Shown here one piece after another: positions 16,117 to 25,556 of a DNA stretch of 64,000 nucleotides (within the stretch, counting starts at the first letter, position 1; each line of letters opens with the position of its first letter). The notes below the pieces were generated by a model, which saw nothing but the letters and a program-made list of their open reading frames with translations, did not search any database and was not told the origin of the DNA. Position numbers and translations under genes: made by a program. The stretch spans positions 574,595-638,594 of the forward strand of contig JAGWHC010000001.1 in NCBI GenBank assembly GCA_028867025.1. Reading direction: 5' to 3'. Origin of the DNA: Candidatus Micrarchaeota archaeon (GTDB lineage: Archaea > Micrarchaeota > Micrarchaeia > Micrarchaeales > CABMGC01).

Positions 16117-17186
16117 AGTTGTTTCTTTCCGACAGCGGAGCGCAGGGGCCTGAAGTCCTTGGCAATATCTATGTTTCTTATGGCCAACTGGCCCTTGATT
16201 ACGTTCTTTATTGCCGCGAAATGTATCGTCGGCTCGTCTTCATTGTAGATGTTCTTGTGCGCGACCACAACGTCCTTTATCGCCTCCTCCTCGTTCTCGA
16301 AACAGCCAAAGCCGAAAAGTATGTCGCTTCCGCTGACAAGCGAAAGGTACTGGAACTTGTTCACTATCGGCAGAGAGCCGTCAGCGCTTTCGTAATAGTG
16401 TTGCGCTTCAGCAGCCCTGCCCATTATCCCCGGAGAAAGCTTGTAGTTGACGAAGAATAGGACGAGATAGTCCTTCGGGGGTTTGATCATTACTGTGCTG
16501 TACCGCCTTATCAAGTCCATCTCCCCCAACCTTCTCATTCTGTACCTCACAGTTTCAACATGTTCCTTTAGTTCTCTGGCAATTTGCCTATAGCTTCGCC
16601 TTGAGTTTGCGTTCAGCAAGGTAAGTATGCGTATGTCAAGCGCGTCAAGCTTGCTCGTCTTGATGTTTATGTGCTCCAACACGTCGTTCGGCACTGGAAT
16701 AAAGCCGGTGTGGCTGAACGCAATCATCGACGGAAACAGTTCGGGCTTGAAGGGGAGTAGTTTGGCTGCAGTGCTCACGGCCCATTCGGCGTATGCGTCC
16801 CCCGACTCAACCACGATATCCAGGAACAGGTCGAAGTCACCTTCGGTAAGCGCAACGAACTGCACCATTTCGTCGTTCTTGAAGATGTCATTTATTTCCT
16901 GCAGCGTCGGCTTTTTTCCGAACTTCACCCTCCACATGTGCCTCTGCTCGAGTCCAAGCGCGCCCTTGTTGAATTCGACCGTGTATGAAAGCCCAAGCTC
17001 CTTTTCTAAAGACTTCAGGTTGCTTATCACCGTGCTGCGCGAGCATTTTAGCTTCTTGGCAAGGTTCGTAACTGAAACCCTCGAATTTTCCCCAAGCTCC
17101 CTGAGGAGCATCTTCTTTAGATAGCTGTACTCTTTCATAGCAATACACTGGGTTTCAACGTTTATGTTATCTTTTGTTTTGTTCAT
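16113..17186 (-). CDS. Tandem Lrp/AsnC-family transcriptional regulator (two HTH + two ligand domains)
   Basis: Two HTH_AsnC-like segments (ENSRVSVTNLAKKLKCSRSTVISNLKSLEKE and ANSRRSYRQIARELKEHVETVRYRMRRLGE). The ORF extends to 17270, but TTTATATAG (minus strand, about 17224-17236) fits the Met at 17186. Confidence 0.7.
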   Translation of the reverse strand: MNKTKDNINVETQCIAMKEYSYLKKMLLRELGENSRVSVTNLAKKLKCSRSTVISNLKSLEKELGLSYTVEFNKGALGLEQRHMWRVKFGKKPTLQEINDIFKNDEMVQFVALTEGDFDLFLDIVVESGDAYAEWAVSTAAKLLPFKPELFPSMIAFSHTGFIPVPNDVLEHINIKTSKLDALDIRILTLLNANSRRSYRQIARELKEHVETVRYRMRRLGEMDLIRRYSTVMIKPPKDYLVLFFVNYKLSPGIMGRAAEAQHYYESADGSLPIVNKFQYLSLVSGSDILFGFGCFENEEEAIKDVVVAHKNIYNEDEPTIHFAAIKNVIKGQLAIRNIDIAKDFRPLRSAVGKKQL

Positions 17187-17430
17187 AAGGCTTAAATAAA
17201 TTCCTACAAAAATGTAATTCCAATCTATATAAATCGTCTTAATGTCATATATATTAGTACGCGGAATCACAATACTATCTGCGTGGGTGGCCTGAACGTA
17301 AGTGGTGGATACGGCGACAGGTTGTTTTTCCGGTTCTCCGTCCAGGCTTCAAGTAGCCCGTTGCCTTTCGCCACCCATCTATGTTAACTCTGCGGCTCAC
17401 CTCAGGTTTTTGCTAGAGCTTTTTATCTAA

Positions 17431-17501
17431 TGGAGGCACAGGGAGTCGAACCCAGACCTTCACCGTGTAAGGGTGACGTCCTACCGTTAGACAATGCCTC
17501 C
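17431..17501 (-). tRNA. tRNA-Val (anticodon UAC)
   Basis: Hand fold: GGAGGCA/UGCCUCC acceptor; D arm GUCU-AACGGUA-GGAC; anticodon arm UCACC-CUUACAC-GGUGA; T arm CUGGG-UUCGACU-CCCUG (one U-U mismatch). Discriminator A. CCA is not encoded. Confidence 0.85.
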
Positions 17502-17504
17502 GCG

Positions 17505-18719
17505 CTATCTTTTTCTCCTGCAGAATTCATTAAGCCTTGTTATCGCTTCTCCAAGGATTTCCTTCGGAGGCAGCGAGACTATCCTTATATGGCCCGGCGT
17601 TCCGAATCCTGATCCCCTGGTGATCTGCACGTACTTGCTCTTGAGCAGTGAGTCTACGAACTCCTTGTCGCTCTTAAAGTGCAGTTGTTTAAGGTCGATC
17701 CTTGGGAAGATGTAGTATGCGCCCCTAGGTCTTACTGTGCTCAGGTGCTTGTTCTCATCAAGCAGCCTCACAGCAAAGTTCACCCTGTCCTCTATCTCAT
17801 TGACCATGTAGCGTATCGCCCTGCTGTGCTCAATTACGTTGTTCATGCCCTCCGCCAGCGCATATTGTGCCGGCGCATTCGCCGAAACTCTTACTGATGC
17901 GAAATCCGCAAGCTTAGCCTTCAGCTCCTTCGAGAGATTGTCTTCGCCCGGCACTATCGTGAATCCGATCCTGAACCCCGTTGCGTCGAAGTTTTTCGAG
18001 GCGCCATTGAGTATCACGTGGGGTATGCCCCTTGCCACCTGCGCTATGCTCGTGAATCTTGCTCCGTTGAAAACTATCTCATCGTAGATCTCGTCGCTGA
18101 CCAGCAGAAGATTATGCTCGTTCGCCAGGTCAACTATGCCCTCCAGCGTCTTTCTGCTAAGCACGGTGCCTGTGGGATTGTTCGGGTTTGTCAGGAGTAT
18201 GTACTTTATCCTGGCCTTGTGCTTCAGCTTCCTCACGTGCCTGTCAAGCTCGTCCACGTCTATGCTCCAGCCCTCGTTCTCCTTGTAATCAAGCAGATAC
18301 TCACTTCCTCCCGCGAGTCCTATGTACGGGATGTACTGCGTGTAGTAGGGCTTGAAGACAATCACCCTGTCCTTCCTATCTACAAGCGCAGAGCTCAGCA
18401 TATAGAGCGCCTCCGAAACTCCCGCCGTAACTACTATGTCTTCCTCTTCAAGCTCAAGGCCGTACATTCTCCTGTACCTGCCCATTATCGCGGCGACAAG
18501 CTCCCTAACCCCTCTGGTTTCGGTATAGTGCGTCTTGTTCTCAGATATCGCTTCGACGTACGCTTCTTTGATGTACTTCGGGGTTGGGAAATACACTGCG
18601 GGATCGCCCCTGTTTAACTTTATTATCTCCCCGCCCTTTCTCTCGATGGCCTCCGCTATGGCATCATCTTCCTCGAGCGGGTTAACCGCATACTTGCTCC
18701 TTTCCGAAAGAAACCCCAT
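17505..18719 (-). CDS. PLP-dependent aminotransferase class I/II (aspartate/alanine aminotransferase-like)
   Basis: 404 aa. Has NPNNPTG and the SKNFDATGFRIG Lys motif. Confidence 0.8.
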   Translation of the reverse strand: MGFLSERSKYAVNPLEEDDAIAEAIERKGGEIIKLNRGDPAVYFPTPKYIKEAYVEAISENKTHYTETRGVRELVAAIMGRYRRMYGLELEEEDIVVTAGVSEALYMLSSALVDRKDRVIVFKPYYTQYIPYIGLAGGSEYLLDYKENEGWSIDVDELDRHVRKLKHKARIKYILLTNPNNPTGTVLSRKTLEGIVDLANEHNLLLVSDEIYDEIVFNGARFTSIAQVARGIPHVILNGASKNFDATGFRIGFTIVPGEDNLSKELKAKLADFASVRVSANAPAQYALAEGMNNVIEHSRAIRYMVNEIEDRVNFAVRLLDENKHLSTVRPRGAYYIFPRIDLKQLHFKSDKEFVDSLLKSKYVQITRGSGFGTPGHIRIVSLPPKEILGEAITRLNEFCRRKR

Positions 18720-18747
18720 CGTTCCTACTTCTGTTGCAACGCTTAAA

Positions 18748-19416
18748 TTACTTAGCTGTGAGCGCGGCCTTCTCTATCAAGTACACCCCGTTTGCTCCGC
18801 TCTCCTCCACTCTCGCCTTCTCGACCGCTATCCTCTTTTTGAATAGAGGGGCGTCAAGCACGAACGTCTCCGCTTCCCCGCCCTCGAAGACAAGATTTAT
18901 GCCATGCTTCCTGTTCGCTTCCTTGAGCTCTTCTATCACCGTCTCGTCTATGCGCCTTCCGAGGAGCGAAGTACCAAGGCCCTCCGCAGATACGGAGGTG
19001 ATTATCACGTTATACTTTTCAGCCAGCTCGTTCAGCTCATCAAGAGGATCAGTGTGCCATAGCGGAGCAACGTGCTCTATGCCCAGCCTTTTTGCGATTG
19101 CGTTTATCCTGTCGGCCTGGTATCTGCTGAAGGTCGCGCCAGTGACAAGAAGCTTTACGTCGTTGGCCGTGAATGCGTTTTCAAGGTCCTTCAGCTCATC
19201 CTCTTTCCTTCCTTCAGTCTGCGCGAATACCTGCCTTATTCCGAGTGCCTCGGCCTGCAGCTTCGTCTGCTCCACGTTCGGGTAGTGGAACATGTAACTC
19301 TCCCTGTTGGCGCTCTTCATTGTAATCAGCAGATCTATTTTCGCGCCAAGCTCAATTGCCCTGTGCAGTGCAAGAGTCGAGTCCTTGCCGCCGCTAAACA
19401 GGCAGGCGTTGCTCAT
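18748..19416 (-). CDS. PP-loop ATPase, diphthine-ammonia ligase (Dph6/MJ0570)-like
   Basis: MSNACLFSGGKDSTLAL carries the SGGKDS PP-loop. 222 aa. Overlaps the end of atpD. Confidence 0.65.
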   Translation of the reverse strand: MSNACLFSGGKDSTLALHRAIELGAKIDLLITMKSANRESYMFHYPNVEQTKLQAEALGIRQVFAQTEGRKEDELKDLENAFTANDVKLLVTGATFSRYQADRINAIAKRLGIEHVAPLWHTDPLDELNELAEKYNVIITSVSAEGLGTSLLGRRIDETVIEELKEANRKHGINLVFEGGEAETFVLDAPLFKKRIAVEKARVEESGANGVYLIEKAALTAK

Positions 19417-20029
19417 TCTCTCCCTTTTCCAGCTTCTTCTTCACATGCTTGAGCGCGGAGAAAGTGTCCCTCTCCATCTCCTCCAGCCTGAAGGATATGT
19501 AGCTACCCTCCTTCTTCAGTTTAGGAATAAGTATGTATTCGAGGGCATTCACCCTCCTCTTTACCTTGTCTATTTCAAGTATCAGCCTTCTGAGGCTTTG
19601 CTCTCTCTTTGCCGTGTCTATTATCGTCTCCTTAACCCCGCTGAACGCGTCGCTCACATCGCTCACCGCAGTACTGCTCTGGAAAAACGTCTGCGGCTTC
19701 TGCTGCTTCTGTATGTCCTCTATTTCAGGTATCCTGACTCCCATGACGTTCTTGATCCCGACGCTCACTCCGGAGGCGTCGCTGACGTACAGGCTCGCCT
19801 GCTCCAGTTCGAAGTCGCCGGCGAAAGTCGACGCAAGCACAGTCGTCTTGTAGGCCGCCTGAAGCATCTGGTACAGTCGCTCCCTGTCGCTGCTCGACTG
19901 CTTGAGCATCTTGAAAAACTCTATGACCAAGGCCTCCCTCTTCTTCTTAAGCAGCGAGTAGCCCTTGCCTGCTAGCGCCATCCTCTTCCTGGTGTTGATG
20001 AGGTTCATCCTTGTGGGGTTTACCGCCAT
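19394..20029 (-). CDS. atpD: A-type ATP synthase subunit D
   Basis: [34 protein letters not shown]. Position is after atpB. Confidence 0.9.
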   Translation of the reverse strand: MAVNPTRMNLINTRKRMALAGKGYSLLKKKREALVIEFFKMLKQSSSDRERLYQMLQAAYKTTVLASTFAGDFELEQASLYVSDASGVSVGIKNVMGVRIPEIEDIQKQQKPQTFFQSSTAVSDVSDAFSGVKETIIDTAKREQSLRRLILEIDKVKRRVNALEYILIPKLKKEGSYISFRLEEMERDTFSALKHVKKKLEKGENEQRLPV

Positions 20030-21471
20030 TATTTCTCCTTCTTCTTTGCCTCCTTCTTTTCCTCCCGCTCTTTCTCGACCTTGGCCTTGCCCTTGTACTT
20101 GAGGTGGTGCTTCTCTATGTGTTCCCTCTTTATCCTCGTGAGCTCGTTCTCAGGAAGCTCCGAAAGGAGCTCCCAGCCGATGTCAAGGGTCTGCTCTATG
20201 CTTCTGTCCTCGTATTCGCCCTGGGCTATGAATCTCTTTTCGAAATCGTCACCGAACTTGAGGTAGAGCTTGTCGCTGTCGCTCAGCGCCTCAACGCCTA
20301 TTATCGCGCTAAGGCTCCTTGATTCCTGCGCCCTTGCATACGCGCCGTACAGCTGATCCGCCACACCCCTGTGGTCTTCCCTGGTCTTGCCTTCGCCTAT
20401 GCCGTTGTTCATCAGTCTCGAAAGCGAGCCCAGCGGGTTCACCGGCGGATAGAGGCCCTTGTTGCTCAGGTCCCTGCTCATGAATATCTGGCCTTCGGTG
20501 ATGTAACCCGTAAGGTCAGGAATCGGATGTGTGACGTCGTCGCCAGGCATAGTTACAATGTTGAGCTGAGTTATGCTGCCCTTCTTGCCCTCCGCTATGC
20601 CCGCCCTTTCATATATGCTCGCCAAATCAGTGTACATGTAGCCGGGATAGCCCCTCCTTCCAGGCACCTCCTCCCTCGCGCTGGCCATCTCCCTCAACGC
20701 CTCGCAGTAGTTGGTCATGTCCGTAAGTATTACAAGGACATGCATGCCCTTTTCATACGCCAAAAATTCAGCTGTTGTCAGTGCCAGCCTTGGGGTGAGT
20801 ATTCGCTCTATGCTAGGATCGTCTGCGAGGTTCATGAAAGCAACGGTCCTCTTCAGCGCACCGGTCTTCCTGAAGTTGTCTATGAAGAAAGAAGCATCGT
20901 CGTAGGTTATCCCTATGCCCGCGAACACCACGGCGAAGCTCTCGCTCTTTCCAAGTACCTTCGCCTGCCTGGCGATCTGCGCAGCAAGCCTGTTGTGTGG
21001 CAGCCCAGAGCTTGAGAATATAGGAAGCTTCTGGCCCCTCACAAGCGTCATCAGCCCGTCTATTGAGGACACGCCGGTCTGTATGAAGTCGCTGGGCATC
21101 TGTCTTGCCACAGGATTCATCGGTTCGCCGTTTATGTCCCTCGTTTTCTCGATGGCGTATGCAGCCTTGGTATCCTTGGGTCTGCCCTGGCCGTCGAAAA
21201 CTCTGCCGAGCATCTCCTCTCCGACTCCCAGCTTGAACGTGTCTCCGAGGAAGCTCACGCTCGTCGATTTTATGTTTATGCCGCTTGTCGGCCCGAATAC
21301 TTGCACCACAGCGAAGGTATCGGTACTCTCAATCACCTGGCCTAATCTTTCCTCCCCGCTCTCGAGCTTTATCCTGGTCATCTCTCCATATCCAGCGTTC
21401 TTTACCGAGTTCACCACCACCAGCGGGCCCGATACCTTGCCTATCGTCTTATATTCAGCTTCGAACTTCAT
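20029..21471 (-). CDS. atpB: A-type ATP synthase subunit B
   Basis: 480 aa. Typical non-catalytic B subunit sequence ([35 protein letters not shown]). Confidence 0.95.
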   Translation of the reverse strand: MKFEAEYKTIGKVSGPLVVVNSVKNAGYGEMTRIKLESGEERLGQVIESTDTFAVVQVFGPTSGINIKSTSVSFLGDTFKLGVGEEMLGRVFDGQGRPKDTKAAYAIEKTRDINGEPMNPVARQMPSDFIQTGVSSIDGLMTLVRGQKLPIFSSSGLPHNRLAAQIARQAKVLGKSESFAVVFAGIGITYDDASFFIDNFRKTGALKRTVAFMNLADDPSIERILTPRLALTTAEFLAYEKGMHVLVILTDMTNYCEALREMASAREEVPGRRGYPGYMYTDLASIYERAGIAEGKKGSITQLNIVTMPGDDVTHPIPDLTGYITEGQIFMSRDLSNKGLYPPVNPLGSLSRLMNNGIGEGKTREDHRGVADQLYGAYARAQESRSLSAIIGVEALSDSDKLYLKFGDDFEKRFIAQGEYEDRSIEQTLDIGWELLSELPENELTRIKREHIEKHHLKYKGKAKVEKEREEKKEAKKKEK

Positions 21472-23252
21472 CAGCTATTCACCCTCTCCTCTTCGATTCC
21501 ATGCTCTGCCACAAGTTTCTTGAACTGCGAGTCTGTCTCCAAGAGTATCTTCTTTACCTCGCCCTCAACAGCGTCCTCTTTCAGCTCTTTCATCCTCGTT
21601 ATCTTTTTCACTACTTCCAGCTCCATTATGTTGTCTGTGCCTACTCCCTTCTCGGCGGCCTCCCCCGCCTTCTCCTCAAAATGAAGCATTGCGCTCATCA
21701 TCAAATCCTGCTTCTTCAGGCTTGTGAATGCGTCAACCTCATCATAGGCATTTTGCCTCAAGAAGTTCTCCCTGACGAGCCTTCCAACTTCTAGAAGCAC
21801 GCGCTCCGTATCAGGCAGAGCATCCTCTCCGACCAGCTGCACTATGTCCTTGAGCTCGGCCTCGCGCTGCAGCAGCCGCATCGCTTTGCCCCTGTTCTGA
21901 AGGAACCTCTCGCCAAGGTTGTCGTCATACCATTTCTGCAGCGCGCCTATGTAAAGCGAATAACTGCTGAGCCAGTTTATCGATGGGAAGTGCCTTGAGC
22001 TCGCGAGCGCGGCATCAAGGGACCAGAAGGTCTTCACAACCCTTAGCGTTCCCTGCGACACAGGCTCCGAAAGGTCGCCTCCTGGAGGCGATACAGCACC
22101 TATTATGCTTACCGAACCGATGGGGCCCCCCAACGTTTCGACCCTGCCGGCGCGCTCGTAGAAGTCAGCGATTCTCTTCGGCAGATACGCTGGATAGCCT
22201 TCCTCTCCAGGCATCTCCTCAAGTCTTGTAGATATCTCTCGCATCGCCTCCGCCCACCTTGATGTGGAATCCGCCATGAGTGCGACGTCGTATCCCATGT
22301 CCCTGAAGTACTCAGCTATTGTTATGCCCGTATAGATGCTCGCCTCCCTTGCCGCCACAGGCATGTTGCTCGTGTTTGCAATGAGCACCGTCCTTTCCAT
22401 CAGCGGCTTGCCTGTCTTCGGATCCTTGAGTTCAGGGAATTCGGTAAGGACCTCGGTCATTTCATTTCCTCGCTCGCCGCAGCCCACGTAAATGACTATG
22501 CTTGCGTTAGCGTACTTCGCGAGCTGGTGCAGTGTCACCGTTTTTCCCGCTCCAAACGGGCCAGGTATTCCAGCGGTTCCTCCCTTTGCTACGGGAAACA
22601 GCGTGTCTATTATCCTCTGTCCGGTGACCAATGGGACCTCCGCTGCTATCTTCGTCTTGAATCTCGCGCCTTGCCTGACCGGCCTTGTCTGCGTCATGCT
22701 TATCTTCACCGCCTTGCTGCCGCTCTTCACCACCGCAATCGTGTCGCTCACTGTGAACCTGCCGGATTTTATGCTCTGCACAGTGCCGTTAATCCCGGTC
22801 GGCACCATTATATAGTGTTTAATCAGCTCTGTTTCGTCAACATAGCCCAGTATCGCGCCCTCGCCAACGCGAGTCCCTTTCTTTATCTTCTTGTCAGCGT
22901 GGAACTGCCACTTCTTTCTCTTGTCCAGCGCCTCAACGTCGCTGCCCCTCCTTATGAAAGTGCCTGACTTTGCCTTTATGATAGTCAGCGGTCTTTGAAC
23001 ACCGTCGAATATCTGCGATAGGATTCCGGGTCCGAGCTCTACGGAAAGCGGCTTTCCTGTAGAGACGACCTTCTCGCCTGGCCTGACGCCGCTCGTGTCC
23101 TCGTAGACCTGGATGATCGCGCGCTCGCCCTCAAGCTTTATTATCTCACCGATGAGCTTGTCATTTCCGACCCTTACCACATCGTACATGCTTGAGCCCA
23201 GCATGTCCTTTGCAACAACGAGCGGACCTGAAATTCTCTCTATCGCTCCCAA
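21471..23252 (-). CDS. atpA: A-type ATP synthase catalytic subunit A (no intein)
   Basis: 593 aa. Walker A GPFGAGKT, and [11 protein letters not shown]. Confidence 0.95.
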   Translation of the reverse strand: MGAIERISGPLVVAKDMLGSSMYDVVRVGNDKLIGEIIKLEGERAIIQVYEDTSGVRPGEKVVSTGKPLSVELGPGILSQIFDGVQRPLTIIKAKSGTFIRRGSDVEALDKRKKWQFHADKKIKKGTRVGEGAILGYVDETELIKHYIMVPTGINGTVQSIKSGRFTVSDTIAVVKSGSKAVKISMTQTRPVRQGARFKTKIAAEVPLVTGQRIIDTLFPVAKGGTAGIPGPFGAGKTVTLHQLAKYANASIVIYVGCGERGNEMTEVLTEFPELKDPKTGKPLMERTVLIANTSNMPVAAREASIYTGITIAEYFRDMGYDVALMADSTSRWAEAMREISTRLEEMPGEEGYPAYLPKRIADFYERAGRVETLGGPIGSVSIIGAVSPPGGDLSEPVSQGTLRVVKTFWSLDAALASSRHFPSINWLSSYSLYIGALQKWYDDNLGERFLQNRGKAMRLLQREAELKDIVQLVGEDALPDTERVLLEVGRLVRENFLRQNAYDEVDAFTSLKKQDLMMSAMLHFEEKAGEAAEKGVGTDNIMELEVVKKITRMKELKEDAVEGEVKKILLETDSQFKKLVAEHGIEEERVNS

Positions 23253-23261
23253 CCAATCACC

Positions 23262-23615
23262 CTATTTTTTGCCACCGCCCGCCATTATATCTATCCCGAC
23301 CGCCCTGAGTATCAGCCGTCTCAGCGTATCCTCACTAGCGACCTTCTCTTTGTATCCGGCAACAGATATGATCAAGGGGTCTATCGAGTTTTCCATCCTA
23401 TATCTCACTCTTCTGTCCTTTATCGAGTTGGCAAGGCCCTCAGTGATGACTATTATGCCTACGTCAGCCCTGTCGAACAGCGTGTGAAGCAGGCGTTCGG
23501 CCTCTTCGGGTTCTCCCACAGTGTAGCTTTCCTTGACTCCAGCAAGTTTCATGCCCAGGGGTAGCACCTCGGTGCCTATGACCACTATCTTCTTGTGCTG
23601 CATCACTTGAGCCAT
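23262..23615 (-). CDS. atpF: A-type ATP synthase subunit F
   Basis: 117 aa. KIVVIGTEVLPLGMKLAGV. Operon position supports the call. Confidence 0.8.
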   Translation of the reverse strand: MAQVMQHKKIVVIGTEVLPLGMKLAGVKESYTVGEPEEAERLLHTLFDRADVGIIVITEGLANSIKDRRVRYRMENSIDPLIISVAGYKEKVASEDTLRRLILRAVGIDIMAGGGKK

Positions 23616-24667
23616 GATATCATGCCCTTTATCTCCTGGTCGCTGAGCCCGTAGCCCTTGCCCTTCATGATCACCCGCAGCGTGAACACCTCTATCTCTT
23701 TCAGGTAAAGGAACGCTATAAGCGCGCCAAAGGAGAGCACGCTGTGCCTGATTCCGCGCAGCGCGCCTGCGAATATCTCGTTAAGCATAGCTATCTCGAA
23801 TATCAGCACCGGCTTCGTCTTGCTTTCCGCATATTCCTTTGCCGCCTGCTTCAGGTTGAAAGCTTTGACGTTCTCCGCAAGTGCCTCCGGGCTTCTCGAC
23901 TCCCTGAAAAGCGACTCCAGTCTTTTTGAACCAAGGCTTCCATTCGGGAGCAGATATCCTGATATCTTCGCAAAATCGTTTCCGTGCTTCTTGGTCTCAA
24001 GAAGTGTCAGTATGTTCCTCATGTCTATCCTCTTCCTTATCAGATCAGCAGCGCCTGCATCTATCATTTCCAGTTTGCCTATCGTGGCTCCGAGCTGGAG
24101 GTAGTACGAGCGCTCCAGCGCCGCGCTTGCCTCTGCAGCGCTGCCTGTCTTCTTGTATGTATCAAGCGCGTTCTTGATCTGCTTGGCGTACGGTGTTTTC
24201 AGCATAAGCTTCTCCATCGCCCCCTCCACGCTCTTCGATGCCATGGCGTCCTTTATGGCCTCGGACCCCGCATATCTCGAATCTATGAGGTACCTCGAAA
24301 CGCTTTCGAAGCTCTTTCCCGAAGATACCGCCTCTATCGCCGTCTTGATGTTCCCGATGTCCCACACCCCTGCTATCGCTATGACCAGCGACCTTTGGTC
24401 CTTCGGAGCTATCGTGATGAGCTTGCTCGTTTCCCTGCCTTGGTTCTTGCTTAGTACAAAGTCGATCAGCGTGCTCATCGCCTTTACTCCTCCCAGTCTC
24501 TCCACATCCTGCCTGTAGTCTGTCTGGAGCAGCATGGCAGCGATGCTTCCCGGCTCTTTCGCCGCGAGCATCCTTTCAAACATTTCCTTTCGTATGAGCT
24601 TCGATTCCATGGCCTTCACCCTGGTGCTAGAGTACGCGTACTTCATCGCTGCTCTGAATCCCGGCAT
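23603..24667 (-). CDS. atpC: A-type ATP synthase subunit C
   Basis: 354 aa, helical. MKYAYSSTRVKAMESKLI. Operon position supports the call. Confidence 0.8.
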   Translation of the reverse strand: MPGFRAAMKYAYSSTRVKAMESKLIRKEMFERMLAAKEPGSIAAMLLQTDYRQDVERLGGVKAMSTLIDFVLSKNQGRETSKLITIAPKDQRSLVIAIAGVWDIGNIKTAIEAVSSGKSFESVSRYLIDSRYAGSEAIKDAMASKSVEGAMEKLMLKTPYAKQIKNALDTYKKTGSAAEASAALERSYYLQLGATIGKLEMIDAGAADLIRKRIDMRNILTLLETKKHGNDFAKISGYLLPNGSLGSKRLESLFRESRSPEALAENVKAFNLKQAAKEYAESKTKPVLIFEIAMLNEIFAGALRGIRHSVLSFGALIAFLYLKEIEVFTLRVIMKGKGYGLSDQEIKGMISWLK

Positions 24668-24668
24668 T

Positions 24669-25310
24669 CTATCTGCCTCTTTTCTTTCCGCGCGCCTTCT
24701 TTGTTACGCGCTTTTTCTCCGCAGTCTTAGCTGCAGGCGCGCTCCGCTTTCGCCCGAAGGCTTCGTTTATCAGCATAGTCTCTATCTCCGGCCTGTTTTC
24801 TTCGAATAGCCCTTCTATTGTCGCGGTAAGCCTCATTGTTCCGCTCCTGTTTGCGATGACTACACCATTCCCAACGCTTTCGTGCTTTATTCTGCCAGCG
24901 AACTCCTTCACCAGCTTCGCGTCGCTCTTGCTTATGCTCAACGTCAGCGTCTCCTGCGGGATAAGTCTGCTCGCCTCTTCTATCGCGCGATTTATCAGTT
25001 TGGCATAGCCGTCTTTCTTTACCCTCTTGACTGTGAGGCTTCTCAGCCTCGGAATGACTTTTTCGACAGCCTTGTTTCTTGCTTCAAGCATCAGGCTTCG
25101 CTCTTGGAGCTCAACATTCTCTCTCTCCTCTTGCTCCATCCTCTCCGCTTCCCGCGCTATCTCAGAGCTTGCGGCCTCCATTATGGCCGCGGCCCTTGCC
25201 TCGGCGGCACTTATTATCGCATCCGCTTGCTTCCTTCCCTCTCCCTCTGCCGCGCGTGCTTTACGCTCGCCCTCCTCAGTTATCTGTCTCTCCAGCTTCT
25301 CCAGAGGCAT
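24669..25310 (-). CDS. atpE: A-type ATP synthase subunit E
   Basis: 213 aa. Charged coiled-coil N-terminal half plus a globular C-terminal half. Operon position supports the call. Confidence 0.8.
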   Translation of the reverse strand: MPLEKLERQITEEGERKARAAEGEGRKQADAIISAAEARAAAIMEAASSEIAREAERMEQEERENVELQERSLMLEARNKAVEKVIPRLRSLTVKRVKKDGYAKLINRAIEEASRLIPQETLTLSISKSDAKLVKEFAGRIKHESVGNGVVIANRSGTMRLTATIEGLFEENRPEIETMLINEAFGRKRSAPAAKTAEKKRVTKKARGKKRGR

Positions 25311-25317
25311 GGAACAC

Positions 25318-25554
25318 CTATATGATGCCCGCTGAAAGCATTATCAGTATTGCTATGACGAAACCGAAGATCAGTATGGTCTCGGGCAGCACCAGGAAAA
25401 GCAAGGCTTTGCCCAGTTCCTCAGGTTTCTCAGCTATGAGTCCAAGTCCAGCTCCGCCGATTGCGGACTGTGCAATACCCGTCCCTATGGCACCGCCAAG
25501 TATCGCAATGCCAGCGCCAACTGCCGCAACAGCGGTCTCTATTCCTATCGCCAT
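25318..25554 (-). CDS. atpK: A-type ATP synthase proteolipid subunit K
   Basis: 78 aa. Two Gly/Ala-rich TM helices, with Glu in helix 2 (LVLPETILIFG). Confidence 0.85.
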   Translation of the reverse strand: MAIGIETAVAAVGAGIAILGGAIGTGIAQSAIGGAGLGLIAEKPEELGKALLFLVLPETILIFGFVIAILIMLSAGII

Positions 25555-25556
25555 GA

